From NCBI RefSeq assembly GCF_963921235.1, contig NC_086097.1, forward strand, positions 130,326,001-130,390,000: DNA of 64,000 bases. The letters run 5' to 3'. The notes beneath the pieces are model-generated. The model saw only the letters and a list, made by a program, of their open reading frames with translations, was not told where the DNA came from and made no database searches. Every line of letters starts with the position of its first letter. The first letter of the stretch is position 1. This document shows positions 26,021 to 39,369 of the stretch, piece after piece. Origin of the DNA: Mobula hypostoma. Taxonomy: Eukaryota. The position numbers were made by a program, and so were the translations under genes.

Positions 26021-27869
26021 GATGAAGTAATGAATGTAGTTGCTCACCGCACACCTGCCTTCTGTGAATCGTGTGTACATAACCAATAAAATGACTTGGT
26101 ACATTAACCTGGTACCACAACTAAATAATTCCTGGGCAAAACCTAGAGAGGGCACTAATGGTTAAGGCACTCAAAATGGAAGCAGTTAACATTTGCCATA
26201 TGAACTCAGCTCAATCTTTTATGAAACATAACCTAAAAGAGAAATTATTTCATTTCAGTTAAGCTACATTCTAATATTCTACATTTGCTATAAGCTGCGA
26301 TCACTATGATTAAGAGCACACTGTTTAAAGATTTAACATAGCATTAATGTAATAGTTCAGTAGAAGTTTCATTTAAGATAAAGTTTAAACATTTTTCTTC
26401 AGCATAGTGAGCTGAGAAGTCTAGGTTTGACTCAAGATTTTTTTAAAAAATAAAATTAAACTTACCTGTTGAGGCAGATAACTGTACTGTTCTGTACTGT
26501 ACTTTCTAAAGTGCTTACACAACTGGAAATGTTAAGGAAATGCACTTCTAGTCTGATATCCCAGTTTTCTCAGTTAAGAGAGAAAATACCTACTAACCTA
26601 ATGGTGCCTGAAATCTCACGGTATTATGCAATGGTAACTAGATGGAGCATGGACTGAATTCCTGATGTGCAATGAGTTTATCTAGCAATAGTTGTGACAA
26701 AAAGGACAATCTTTGTTAATGTATTGAAACTTTGAATTTTTTTGCTTTTCAATATTTGTGCGTAAAGTCTGAAATTTCTTCCTCATGATATATTTCCTAA
26801 CTTGCACTAAAGAACAACCCATCCATTGAATGTTATAATACATCAAACTCAAAAATACACCAGTGAAAAATAACAGGTTTCAACATATCTGTGAATGTAC
26901 ATAGAAGAGCAGCAAGCAAACAATTCAGCATAAAACATCCTAAATGTCTAGTCACTTTGTTAATACATTTTGGAAAATTAATCCTTTAATCCTATGAATT
27001 GTACAATGACATCTTACTATGATCTGCATAGCCAAGTCTCTGGGGGTATTGGTAGTAGTTTTATAAGGCTATCTCCAGAGGTTTTTTTTGGAATTTCTGT
27101 AAGATCTCATTCATTTTGAAGTATGACATTACATCCTGACTCAAGCAATGAATCAAGCAGACGAAACCAAGTGTCTTACTGTGGAGTAATTAATGGGTTT
27201 GTAGAGATCACAGAGTTGCTTTGAATTGAAATGCAATGTACAGTACAATTACACACATTGTTGGATACCTCCTTTCACAGAAGAGTTATGCATAATCTTC
27301 TTAGTGAAAACATTGTAAATTGCCTACTAATTCACATTAATTCCTATTTTTTGCTAATAAAATATTACTACAAAGAGCACATTTTAATATTAATTTCTAT
27401 AACTGTGATTCTTTTAATTGAAGCACAATACAAAGAACACTCCCCCCACCCCATAACAAAAGTAAACGTAAGGCACTTTAATTTGCGGACTTCCAAACAC
27501 CCAAATTGATCATTTTGACTGCATTATTCCTTTGCAACAATATCGATTCTTTGGAATTCTTTAAACATTTTTACTTGGGAACAATCAGGAAGACAGTTTG
27601 TGGTGGAACTGAGAATTCATCCAAATGATAGTTCACTGGGAACGTTGGCTAGTCATCAGCTGACATCCTTGCGTCATTACAAACGAGTAAACAGTTTGCA
27701 TCCTGTTACCTGAAGTGAATTATTTCTAGAAAAGAGAAATAAAAGCTTGATTTCTACATCTAGTGAATTATCTTTGAGGCAGCGTGGCCCGTGATCTTCA
27801 CATGGTCGATATCCTGATGCCCAAAATGGACCATCTTCTTTCTCTCCATTGTCTTGACGCTGCTTTTAA

Positions 27870-27925
27870 CTATGAATGTCCATGAACAGAGGCACTTGAG
27901 AGATCGTTGCGTATGATTTCATTTA
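27870..27925 (-). CDS. NFATC1: Terminal coding exon of nuclear factor of activated T cells c1 (long-isoform C-terminus)
   Basis: The minus strand reads tctcttttgattctcctcAG|TA AAT GAA ATC ATA CGC AAC GAT CTC TCA AGT GCC TCT GTT CAT GGA CAT TCA TAG = (V)NEIIRNDLSSASVHGHS*. This matches the NFATC1 C-terminus as I recall it (LYLDD-VNEIIRNDLSS...), whereas NFATC2 has VNEIIRKEF. There is a polypyrimidine tract and an AG acceptor at 27926-27927; a phase-1 intron gives G|TA = Val. Confidence 0.88.
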
Positions 27926-28169
27926 CTGAGGAGAATCAAAAGAGAGGTTATTACAAAAAAGTCCTTTAACCTTTTTTTTTGTTCATTAACAGAGTGTTGA
28001 TTCATTGCTGAACCCACATTGTTTCCTGAGAGCAAATAGTTGTTAGCTTACTTCAGTTAAGATTCACCCATATTATTGTCAGTCTGGAGTTACATCCATG
28101 CTCGACCAGTAAGGATGGGAGATTCCTTCCTCAACTGGTATTAGGTTGGATTTTAGAAAAGTCTAGAAA

Positions 28170-29600
28170 TCACAAAACCGCAAGTATTGAGAAAATGAAA
28201 TTAAAGCAGAAACTATTGAAAACACTTGGTAGGCCAGGCAGCATCTGTGGAAAGAGAAACAAAGGTAACATTTCAGGACAAAAACCCTTTGTCACAACTA
28301 TGAAAGAGGGACAATTAATTAGGTTTATGTTACAGGGAGAGAGGGGAGGGTTAGGTAGACCAATGTTGCCATGTGGAGAAGATGCAGATGAAGTGATCTG
28401 GTGGATCCATTAATGAGGGGAGGGAGGGAAAGAGGGAGAGGGAGGGGGCAGGGGAGAGAAAGAGGGAGGGGAGAGGGGGAGAGAAAGAGGGAGGGAGAGA
28501 GGGGGAGGAGGGGCAGGGGAGAGGGAGGGGGAGAGGGAGAGAGAGAGGGAGAAAGGGAGGGAGGGAAAGAATGAACAAAGTAACATAAAATCAACGAAGC
28601 GAAGGCTGTGGAGACAGATAGCACACAAAGAGGAATGCAAATGTTGTGAAACGCAGAGCTGCAGGTTTTGAAATGCCCATTAGACTTGCTTTAGTTAGAT
28701 TTTCCACAGGGCTGCCTCCTCAGTCCTTTCAGTATTCCAGAGGGACCATTCTCTTATTCTCTGACCTGCTCTTCCAGTTTCACCAACAAATTCCCTCTCT
28801 TGGCATTTTTCCGTTTAAAAGCAACATCTGCGTTTTATCTCTCCCCATCTCATCATCAAGGTACCCAAATAATCCTTCCAACATAGCAGTCATTTACATG
28901 CATTTCTTCCAATCTAAGCTGCTGCTCGTGATGTGATCTTCTCTTCACTGGAAGAACCAACAGCAGAATAGGTACAGTTATGCATTCAGTCTGTAGATAC
29001 AACTTTGAGCTTCCAGTTGCCTCTCATTTTAATTCTCAGTCCCATTTCTACTCTGACCTATCTGCACTATAACAACAATGCCTGATTACCTTCATTTTCC
29101 CCCGAGCATGTCACTGTCTTCTGAACTGAATACTGAATTCTGCAACTTTCTGGCTTTCTTTTAGTCAGAACAGGTTTGTTCTGCTGATGATCCATCGACT
29201 CAGTTACTCCCTTTACATTTCCTTGGTCTGACCTGCTCAAATTGCCTCTGGTTCTGCATTTTGCAGTTTGTGTCTTCCTCTAGCTGTGTTCTCTCTCTTT
29301 AACTGCCATCATTTAATCGCTTTTATATTCTTTTTGTTTCCATTGAGCAGACTTGACTGGCCTAATGCACTAATTCTGCTCCTATATCTTACCGTTTTAT
29401 AGTTTTATGTCTTCTCCCCCTTTCTAATATCCCTCATGAAGCTATTGATGTAATCTGCAGCTTATCCCCATGGTATCCCTGGCCTTAACAAATCCATGAT
29501 CATCCCTTTATCCAATCTAAATCCTGCCTCAAGACTCCTGCCCTCAGTTTACAATTAGCCTTGTTGCACACTTTCTCAATTCTGATAAAGGGTCTTTAAA
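28170..29600. mobile_element. Old PLE remnant with inverted arrangement, containing a GA-rich tract
   Basis: Antisense terminal repeat at ~28170-28400; sense decayed GIY-YIG-like region at ~28660-29150; ends in ttctgataaagggtc (hammerhead remnant). Confidence 0.45.
28416..28570 (+). repeat. Polypurine (GGA/GA)-rich low-complexity tract
   Basis: About 155 nt of almost only G and A. Confidence 0.9.
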
Positions 29601-32419
29601 TCTTTAAATGGAGCCCTTCCGCTGGCAACTTGTTCCACGTTATCATCACATTCTGAGTGAAGAAGTTTCCCCTCACATTCCCCTTAAACATTTCACCCTT
29701 TACCCTTAACCTATGACCTTAGTTCTAGTCTCATCCGACCTCAGTGGAGAAAGCCTCCTTGCATTTACCCTGTCTATACCCTCATAATACCTCTATCAAA
29801 TCTTCCCCCATTCTCCTACACTCCAGAGAATAAAGTCATAACCTATTCAATCTTGGATTTGTGGGTTGTTTGAGTTACTGCTCTGGTGTCATGCTATACA
29901 TTTTTACCACTACAGACACCATTCCCACACAGCCTCTCTATGCTGAACTCTGCCTAATCAAAAACTTTTACACTGACTTGTTTCAGACCTACTGTGCAAT
30001 AAATGAACCCTTACACTGCTTTAATTTGTAGAACTTGCTACCAAAAATTGAGTTTCTTAACTTAAAAATGCAGGCATTTAGCATGCTGCCAAGAAAAAGG
30101 TGAAACAACTCAGTGACTAACTTCTAAATTATCCGAATCTCAAAACTATTCGAAACAAGATCAAATGATCAGTCAATATACCAACCTTGCCATGCCAGCT
30201 GTGAGTCATATATTGACCAAACTATTAAATGATATTTGTATATCCAAGCCCAATAGCAGAGGTGATAAAGCCCTATAGGTACATAGTAGCCAAGAACCTT
30301 TGTCCTCTCTCTCTTAGCTTAAGGAGGAACATTAGAAACTGGAGGAGATACAAGTTAATAAGATTCAACCGCAGCTGCTTTTGCTCACTGACTGTTGCAG
30401 GAACATATCCATATGATTAATTGCTTGGTCATATAGAAAGAATTGGTTGTGGTTATAAATAGTACCTGCCTATACAGGGGAGTGAATTTCCTTTCTTTTA
30501 ACCACACTGCTGGGTAGTTGCAGGCACAATACTTATCTTATTCCACTTTTCAAATAATCCATAGCCCAACTATAGCTTCGCTCTATCTTCCCCATCTTGT
30601 TCCTATATAACATAATACCCAGCCCAACAAAATCAATCTAAGTAAGCAATTTCTAATTGCCAGCCAGTCTTATTAAGGGACAGGGTTCCTTATTTCCTAC
30701 ATCCTTCGTGTGAAGCAGACCTTCCCCACTTCCCCCTCAGCAGCCTACCTCTCATTCCAAGATTATGCTCCCACACACCTCAGACAGTGCAGCACTTCCC
30801 TAGCACTGCTTTGAAGTGATACTGCCAAGTTTAAAAGCTACAGGACAGATTTCAGGATGCTTCAGTCAAACGGTAAACTTTGCACGAGCTTTGTTTTGCT
30901 TTTCACATTAAATAGTGCAATGGAAAATGCGAGGTGCCACTTTCCATTCTTTTTATGATTCAGAAATGATAGTTATACTTTTACTCTTCAGGACTACGTG
31001 AAGCAGTGCTGTCTTATCAGTTAACATCAGCTCACAGAACTGCTCATCCCCTGACTATTTCCCTTTGTTAAGATTTTTTTTAAATAATACCCCATTTTCT
31101 GCAGTGTTCCCACACTCAAGACTACGTTCATTTATCTTTCTGTGTTCTTTGGCAGTTGAGAGGGGAAATGACTAAATGTGGCAGGATCAAGTTAACACCA
31201 CACAAACAATTTCATATCTCTTGTTCTGATTTAGTTGTGATAACCAAAATGTCAGTGAAGATGTCACTTGTTTGCACTTCCAACTGTTGCTTAAAATAGG
31301 TCTTTTTGAGAAGCATGTATTAGAATGACCACGTCATGGAACCAGCACAGGAAAATGTGCTACCATTTCTGATTTGGCCTGTGTCCCCATCTCCTCTCAG
31401 GACATTGAGATAACATTGCACTGGAAAACCATGATAGACTTCTGCCACCACAGCAGCAGTGCTGACTTAAAGATGTGAAAAATAATATTGGACCTTTCAG
31501 GAAAAGAAAACACCTTCAACAATACATGAAGAGAACATGGAACATAGAGTGATACAGAATGAAAAGAAGCCACACACCCTATTGTCCCTGTGCTGGGTCT
31601 TTAAAAGAGGTATCCATGCCTCTCCTTTCCTCTTCCCTTATCTCAGCAACGTTTCTTTTTTTAAATCCAATGCTCTTGTCCCTTTAGGCAGCATGTTGGC
31701 ATTTCATACAATCTGGGTCCTTCACCAATTGTCTCAAGTGTTTTCTGCATCGCTCTCTTGCCGCAAGAATTTGTTTCTCCACCTGTGCCCCACCAAAGCG
31801 CTTCATAATTTGGAACAATTCACTCCTCAATCTCCTCTTCTCCACTGGGTCTGAGGTTAACACGTAACAGTAACTGCAATACCTCATAACTTGGCACCTT
31901 TCCTATGATGCGAGAAAAGGATCTGCTGGAGGAACTCAGTGGGCAGTGGGTCAAGCAGCATCTGTGGGGAGCGGGGGGAAGGGGTTGGTGGGAGGAGGGA
32001 CTTGTCAAAACTCTACTTCAATCTTGATGAATGTCTTTGAACTGAAACATTAAACCTTCCAACACCCTCAAATCCAAGTTCCTCCTGACTGATGATCACT
32101 GAGCCAGAATCCTAAGCAACATTGGGAGATTAGCCATCATCACAAGAACAGCAGGAGTTCAATTCTGAAATCAACTAGAGTTGAATAATATATAAAGACC
32201 ACCTCCTCGTGTGTGTAAAAAAATGTCCCAACACTGTCTCCTGAAAAACAACTGTTTATTAATTGATCTGATTCATAATGTTTTTGTCCTGTTTTCTTGT
32301 TTTTTCCATCCATGAGATAAATAATATTGAGGAAGGATAACAGCAAGAAAATATAAATCTAGGTGTTAATGTTGTGTTGAGGATAAATGCTAACAGCCCA
32401 TGCCAGCTTCTCAAAGAGG

Positions 32420-33630
32420 GAATAAGACCATAACATATAGAGCAGAATTAGGCCATTTGTCCCATCGAGTCTGCTCTGCCATTTCATCATGGCTGATCCA
32501 ATTTTCCTCTCAGCCCCAATCTCCTGACTTCTTCCCGTATCCCTTCGTGCCCTGACCATTCAAGAACCTATCAACCTCTGCCTTAAATATATATAAAGAC
32601 GGTCTCCAGGGCTACCTGTGGCAAAGAATTCCACAGATTCACCACTCTGGCTAAAGAAATTCTTCCTCATCTTCTAAAAAGATGCCCCTCTATTCTGAGT
32701 CCCGTGTGTCCTCTGGTCTTAGTCCTTCCAACCATAGAAGAGATCCTCTCCACATCCACTCTATCAAAGCCTTTCACCATTCGATAGGTTTCCATGAGGT
32801 CATCCTTCATTCTTCTGAATTCTAGTGAATACAGGCCCAAAACCATCAAATGCTCTTCATATGACAAGTCATTCAATCCTGGAAACTTTTTCTAAAACCT
32901 CCTTTGAACTCTCTCCAGTTTCAGTACAACCTTTCTACGATAATACCATGGGCTTGTAGCTTGTTAAGCAGCCTCATGTATGGCATCTTGTCAAAGGCCT
33001 TCTGAAAATACAAGTACACAACATCAACCAATTCTCTTCGTTTAACCTGCTTGTTATTTCTTCAAAGAATTCCAAAAGGCTTGTCAGGCAAGTTTTTCCC
33101 TTAAGGAAACCATGCTGGCTATGGCCTACTTAATGGTGTGCATCCAAGTACCCTGAGCCTTCATCCTTAATAATTGACTCCAACATCTTCCCAATCACTG
33201 AGGTTAGACTAACTGGCCTATAGTTTCCTTTCTTCTACCTCTCTCCCTTCTTGAAGATTGGAGTGACACTTGCAATTTTCCAGACTTCTGGAACCATACT
33301 AGAATCTAGCGAATCTTGAGAGACCATTACTAATGCCTCCACAATCTCTTCAGGCATCTTGGGTGTACAGCATCTAGTTCAGTTGACTTATTTATCTTCA
33401 GACCTTTCAGTTTCCCATGAAGCTTCTCTCCAGTTACGTTAACTTCACACACTTCACTCCTCTGACACCTGGAACTTCCACCATACTGCCTGTGTCTTCC
33501 ATAGTGAAGACTGATGCAAAATACTTACGCAGCTCGTCCGCCATTTTGTTGTCCCCCATTACTACCTCTCCAGCATTGTTTTCCATCAGTCCAATATCAA
33601 CTCTCGCCTCTCTTTTGCACTTTATGTAAG
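32420..33630 (-). mobile_element. CR1 LINE fragment with an internal deletion (~32942)
   Basis: ORF 32667..32876 LSYEEHLMVLGLYSLEFRRM; same family as 40625-43715, but lacks its central RT block; (taagacca) tail. Confidence 0.85.
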
Positions 33631-33929
33631 TGAAATATTTACACTTTATGTATGTACGATAACTCCTTTAAATATAAAATATGTTAGATCAAGATAAGGA
33701 TCATGATCGCAGGTAGATTACAAAAAGGCAAAGGGTTTGCAGGTACCACCACAAGATACTGTACATACATTCTTATGCGTTCCTCTTTGTCACATGTCCA
33801 ACAATCTTCCCTTCACTTTCAAACAGCCCATTTCCATATTAACATACAGCAGTACAACACTGAACAATGCTGAATTCATTGAATGTTTAACCAGCCCTTC
33901 TTCCTACACAACATCCATATTACTCCATT

Positions 33930-36100
33930 CTTTGCCTATTTGTGAGCCTATTTCAGAACCTTTTAAATGCCACTCTTTTATTTGCCTTCACCGCCACCAT
34001 AGCAACACATTCCAAGCACCTACTACCCCGTGTAACAAACTTGCCCTGCATATCGTGATTTTTATTGACGACCTGGATGTCGGGGTAGAAGGGTGGGTTG
34101 GCAAGTTTGCAGACGACACAAAGGTTGGTGGTGTTGTAGATAGTGTAGAGGATGGTCAAAGATTGCAGAGAGACATTGATAGGATGCAGAAGTGGGCTGA
34201 GAAGTGGCAGATGGAGTTCAACCCGGAGAAGTGTGAGGTGGTACACTTTGGAAGGACAAACTCCAAGGCAGAGTACAAAGTAAATGGCAGGATACTTGGT
34301 AGTGTGGAGAAGCAGAAGGATCTCGGGGTACATGTCCACAGATCCCTGAAAGTTGCCTCACAGGTAGATAGGGTAGTTAAGAAAGCTTATGGGGTGTTAG
34401 CTTTCATAAGTCGAGGGATAGAGTTTAAGAGACGCGATGTAATGATGCAGCTCTATAAAACTCTGGTTAGGCCACACTTGGAGTATTGTGTCCAGTTCTG
34501 GTCACCTCACTATAGGAAGGATGTGGAAGCATTGGAAAGGGTACAGAGGAGATTTACCAGGATGCTGCCTGGTTTAGAAAGTATGCATTATGATCAGAGA
34601 TTAAGGGAGCTAGGGCTTTACTCTTTGGAGAGAAGGAGGATGAGAGGAGACATGATAGAGGTGTACAAGATAATAAGAGGAATAGATAGAGTGGATAGCC
34701 AGCGCCTCTTCCCCAGGGAACCACTGTTCAATACAAGAGGACATGGCTTTAAGGTAAGGGGTGGGAAGTTCAAGGGGGATATTAGAGGAAGGTTTTTTAC
34801 TCAGAGAGTGGTTGGTGCGTGGAATGCACTGCCTGAGTCAGTGGTGGAGGCAGATACACTAGTGAAGTTTAAGAGACTACTAGACAGGTATATGGAGGAA
34901 TCTAAGGTGGGGGCTTATATGGGAGGCAGGGTTTGATGGTCGGCACAACATTGTGGGCCGAAGGGCCTGTACTGTGCTGTACCATTCTATGATCTATGTT
35001 CTATATCTCCTTTGAACATATCCCCTTTCATCTTAAATGCATGCCCTCTAGATTAGACATTTTGAATTGAATTGACTTTATTACTTACATCGTTCATTTA
35101 CATGAGGAGTAAAAGTCTTTACGTTATGTCTCCATCTAAATGTGCAATGTGCAATTTATAATAAATAGTATGTACAACAGGACATTCAATATAATATAGA
35201 AATACAATTGTATCAGCATGAATTAATCAGTCTGATCCTGGAAAAGATTCCGACTGTCTCTCAAATCTTATTAAATTCTATCAGGTTTCCCCTCAGCCTC
35301 CGCCACTCTAGAGAAAACAACCCAACTTTATTCAACCTCTTCTTATAGGTCATGCCCTTTAATCCAGGCAAAATCCTGGTAAAACTCTTCTGCATCCTCT
35401 CCAAAGCCTCTACATCAATTGTAAAGTGGGGCAACCAGAACTGAATGCAATACTCCAGATGTGGCCTAACAAGAGTTTTATTAGTACTCAGTGTCTCGAC
35501 TTATAAAGGCAATCATGCCATAACAAAACACACAGAATGCTGGAGGCACTCAAGTGGTCAAGCACCATCGATGGATAAGAGTAGACAGTCGACCTTCCTT
35601 CAGGAACTCTACCACCTTATCAGCCATTTTGTAGGAGCTATGGATTTAGACCCAATGATCCCTCTATATATCACTGTTAAGTGTCCTGCCACTAACTGCA
35701 TACTCTCCCTTTATGTGATTTCCTAAAGTGTAACACCTCACTAGGCTGAATTAAGATCCATCTGCCATTCCTCTTTTTATACTCTCAACTGATTCATATC
35801 CCGCTGTATCATTTGGTATTCTTCTACAATACCACCAATCTTTTTATTGTCTGCATACTTACTAACCTAACCATCCCAGTCTTCATCCAACTCATTTACA
35901 TATATTATAAACAGCTGGGGTCGCAGTGATGCGCTCTGCAGAGCACCAATAATCACGGACCTGTACAATGAGTCTCATCAACCACTAACTACCCTCTACC
36001 CTAGCTTATGGGAAGCTAATTCTGAAACCATGTGGTCAACCTCCTTGAAAAGCTCTATCAAGTTAATAAGATATGACTTGTCCTGCACAAAGCTACAGTT
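33930..36100 (-). mobile_element. Old antisense CR1, interrupted by younger insertions
   Basis: Antisense remnants such as caatactccagatgtggcctaacaagagtttta (YKTLVRPHLEYC-like) and gtctgcatacttacta (SKYAD). Confidence 0.6.
34055..35002 (+). mobile_element. Young 5'-truncated CR1 LINE with an uninterrupted RT C-terminal frame
   Basis: IFIDDLDVGVEGWVGKFADDTK...YKTLVRPHLEYCVQFWSPHY...FFTQRVVGAWNALP, open to 34936; (ttctatg)n-like tail; TSD atatc at 34050-34054 and 35003-35007. Confidence 0.95.
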
Positions 36101-37621
36101 TCCAAGATTATCCATATTTCTTGTCGTGAACAATGGAACATTTGCTACTCATCAGTCCTATGGGAATTGCCTGTAGCTAAAAATGACACAAAGATTTTGG
36201 TTAAGGACCAGAAACCTCATCTTTTGCTTTTCTCAATAACCTGGCATATAGCTCATGAGGCCTTGGGGACATCACCTCAAAGTTCTTTAAGCGAATCTCA
36301 GATCTCAAGAGACCTAATAAGAAATGGTTTGGCCTCAATATCTCTGCTCGTGCTAAGCTCCAAACCTCAATTGTTCCATCTAGAGTAGAATAGTGGCCAA
36401 GATTTTCCTCAGTGAGGAGCTGGCAGTATTGGGGTGGTGGAGAAATCAAAGCTAGACTGGTAATCAATCAGTGAGTCGCTTTTAGCCCTATGTTATAAAG
36501 CTGGGAGCAGGTTATGAGTTGGAAAATTGGAAATAAGGACTAATAAACATATCCAAATGGATTTCGTGCCAAAACAAATCTGCAAGTGATTCTGTTTCTG
36601 TGTTAATGTTAATGACATCTACACATTGAAGGTTTAGAAACAGTGAAGTCCCACAATGGACCAAGTCATATTAAATTAAGTTATGTGAACAGAGAATGCA
36701 ACACGAGGCAGGCCTACATCTGAAACTGCTGTGCAGCTCCACTCTTTCTGTGATTCTTGGGGATTTTTTTTTAAGGTGATAGTCATTCACAGCATAAATC
36801 TACAACTATAGTTGTGGGTTGTGCAAAGGATAACTCAAGGAACATATGCTGCCTCTTCTAAATGTTGTACTCCAGCGATCAACGTTCCTGGCCCAGGGAA
36901 ATTCAGCTCTGTTTTTTAAATGTGTATGCTGTTGAACCCATGGTGCAGAACAGCTCTGGTGGTCAAAGATCCAGAGCCCACACATTAAAACTTTCACAAT
37001 CTTCTGCCTCCCTTTCTACCTCTTCCAAGACGGAACAAGTTGCAGCCAACAAGCACACCCCCTCTACTTCCCAGAAGAACCAGATCAGCAACACATGCGG
37101 GAATAGCATCAGCTACAAATCCCTTTCCAAGCAGCACACTGGCCTGGCTTGAAAGTACATAGCTGCTCCCTGAGTGTGCTGCAAACTGAATCCTAGCACT
37201 CGCTGAACAAGAGAAAGAACCTTCCCCATAAAGACCGCCTTAGTGCAACAATGCAGCTCAGCATCAGTGAGGGATGGGAAAAAAAAATACTACTATGGAG
37301 TCACAGAGTGATACGGCATAGAAATAGGCCCTTCAGTCCACAGGGTCTGGATCAAACACCTACTAGTATTAATCTTGTATTAGAGACATAGTTAACCAGC
37401 ACAGATACAGGCCCCCTGGGTCCAACTCTTTCACGCTGAGCAGGTTGCTTACTTGAGCTAGTCCCACTTCTACCTGTTTGGTCCGCCATATCCCTTTAAA
37501 AAGCCCACATATTTACTTCAGTTGGTTTACCTCCCACGAATGAATAATGACCCTTATTCACTTTTACTGTACCCCAGAGACACAACAGATTCTGCAAATG
37601 CTGGAAATTTTGATAAAATAT

Positions 37622-37654
37622 CTGATGAAGGGTCTCAGGCTGAAACGTCGACTG
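37622..37654 (+). ncRNA. PLE-type minimal hammerhead motif (core intact, 5' stem I arm lost)
   Basis: ctgatga-agggtctcaggct-gaaa-cg-tc-gactg inside a short fold-back PLE remnant (37580-37700). Confidence 0.6.
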
Positions 37655-37789
37655 TTTATTAGATGCTGAGTTCCTCCAGCATTTTGTATACGTTGCTGAC
37701 TATAACTCAACTGTCTTTCCAATCATCCAGGCAGACAGTGTCTACTTTGCTCAATGACTCCAATTTGCATTCAAACTCATTACTTCTAT

Positions 37790-38150
37790 TCAAGCAGACA
37801 AAATGGTGTAGTGGGTAAAATTGCTGTCATACAGATCGGGAGACACAAGTTCAGGTGCTGTCTATGTGGAGTCTGCATGTTCTCCAGGTGAATGTGTGGA
37901 TTTCCCTTGGATGCACTGGTTTCCTCCTGTATCCTATGTATCTTATGTCAAAGATGTGAGAGCAGATGGGTTAATTAGTCATTGTAAATTGCACCTAGCC
38001 TACAGGAGAATGATAGAATATAGTGAAGAAGAATCGATAATTATGTGGGAAGAATATGAAATTAGATCAATATAGGATTAGTGTAAATGGATGGTTGATG
38101 CATGGACTCTGTGGACTAAAGGGCCCATTTCTGTATCCCTCCATGACTCC
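37790..38150 (+). mobile_element. tRNA-derived V-SINE-like element
   Basis: Core gtggagtctgcatgttctcc...ggtttcctcc...caaagatgtg...ggttaattagtcattgtaaattg and a CR1-like tail; a related copy lies at ~52290-52545. Confidence 0.6.
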
Positions 38151-39369
38151 AACTCTTTGACATCCTTCTCCCCTTTAATCTGCCTCAAACTGGTCCACCA
38201 ATTCTACCTCCTTTTTCCCCATGATGCAGGTAGGTGGTCAGATAATCAGGAGAAAGGTTGATGCACATGAGGGGAAGAATAGGTCACAAGAAATAAGATG
38301 GGGAACGGAATTGTTGTGTTTGGAACAAGCATTGATCCAATGGGCAGAATGGTTTCCTTCCGTTTTGCAGTAAGCAATCAGTTAAGTACTATAATAGCTT
38401 TAGATGAAGGGAAGCTATTTGGAGATGGATGATAGATATGGAAATGTAACAATCAGCAGGCAGGATTCTGATAACTGGAATTCTACACGAGTGCAATATT
38501 CAGTCCATGGTCTGGCAATGACACAATTTCAAGTGCAGTTGGTCCCTTTATATGATTTCAATCTGGAAAGAAGCCAGATTGTGTTGATAGCAAGAAAGAG
38601 GAGTTGAGGGATTTCTTCAATAATTTTAAGCTGATTAAGTTTGCACAGTCAGATGGGAACTTCCCATCTGTCCCAGATTATTAAGAAAAGAAAAAGGGGA
38701 TATTGCTGTGGCCTTGGCAGAAATCTCTGAATCCTCTTTAGCCATAGGTGAGGTTCCAGGGGACCAGAGAGTTGGCAACATTGTTCCTTTGCTTCACAGG
38801 CATAATAGGGATAAGTACCATGTTTCCAAAAGAAAAAATCAAAACCCAACTAAATTTGCTCAGTTCTTTTTTTTTTGAAAATCTCAAGATTGGCAGATCC
38901 ACTCTACTCTCCTGACAAATACTGGTGCTCACATATATGTGTGATGTTCCAAGAAAAAGAATTAACTAGTCTTGTCTACGTCAACACATTGCAATGGGTC
39001 TTCCCCAGCCAGAAAAGAAAGCAGCCCTGTCATCAGTAATCTTGGTTTGCAACGTATTCATAACCACCTTTCAACTGAATGAAATGAAACTCATAAACAG
39101 GTACTCTCACTGATTGTGAATTATCACAGAAGATAAGCACAGAAATTTAGTAAAATGATAAAAATATACAGTAACTATCATTGCCAGCTTGACTGATTAA
39201 ATACTTATCTCTTTAATTTCATTACATTTTTGAAGCAGTTAATGACAAGATTAATTTTTTGGATGTCTAATAATATAAATTTGGATGAAAATAATTCAAA
39301 AGATTATTCATAGCAATGCTAAGAGAATGCAGCATATCAAGCATAATCCTTTTTTCCATGAGACACATG

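Larger units (their letters stand above)
24770..27869 (-). other. NFATC1: Putative NFATC1 3' UTR
   Basis: About 3.1 kb after the stop codon with no recognisable transposon in a repeat-dense window. It is AT-rich, has minus-strand AATAAA at 26015-26020 and 24790-24795, and carries several miRNA 8-mer sites. The end point is inferred. Confidence 0.6.

Noticed and set aside
28325..28640. Pro/Leu/Ser-rich ORFs
   Set aside because: They are translations of the low-complexity CT/GA tract.
33737..34936. 399-aa ORF as a host or domesticated gene
   Set aside because: It starts at TTG in unrelated flank; the recognisable part is a 5'-truncated CR1 bounded by a TSD and tail.
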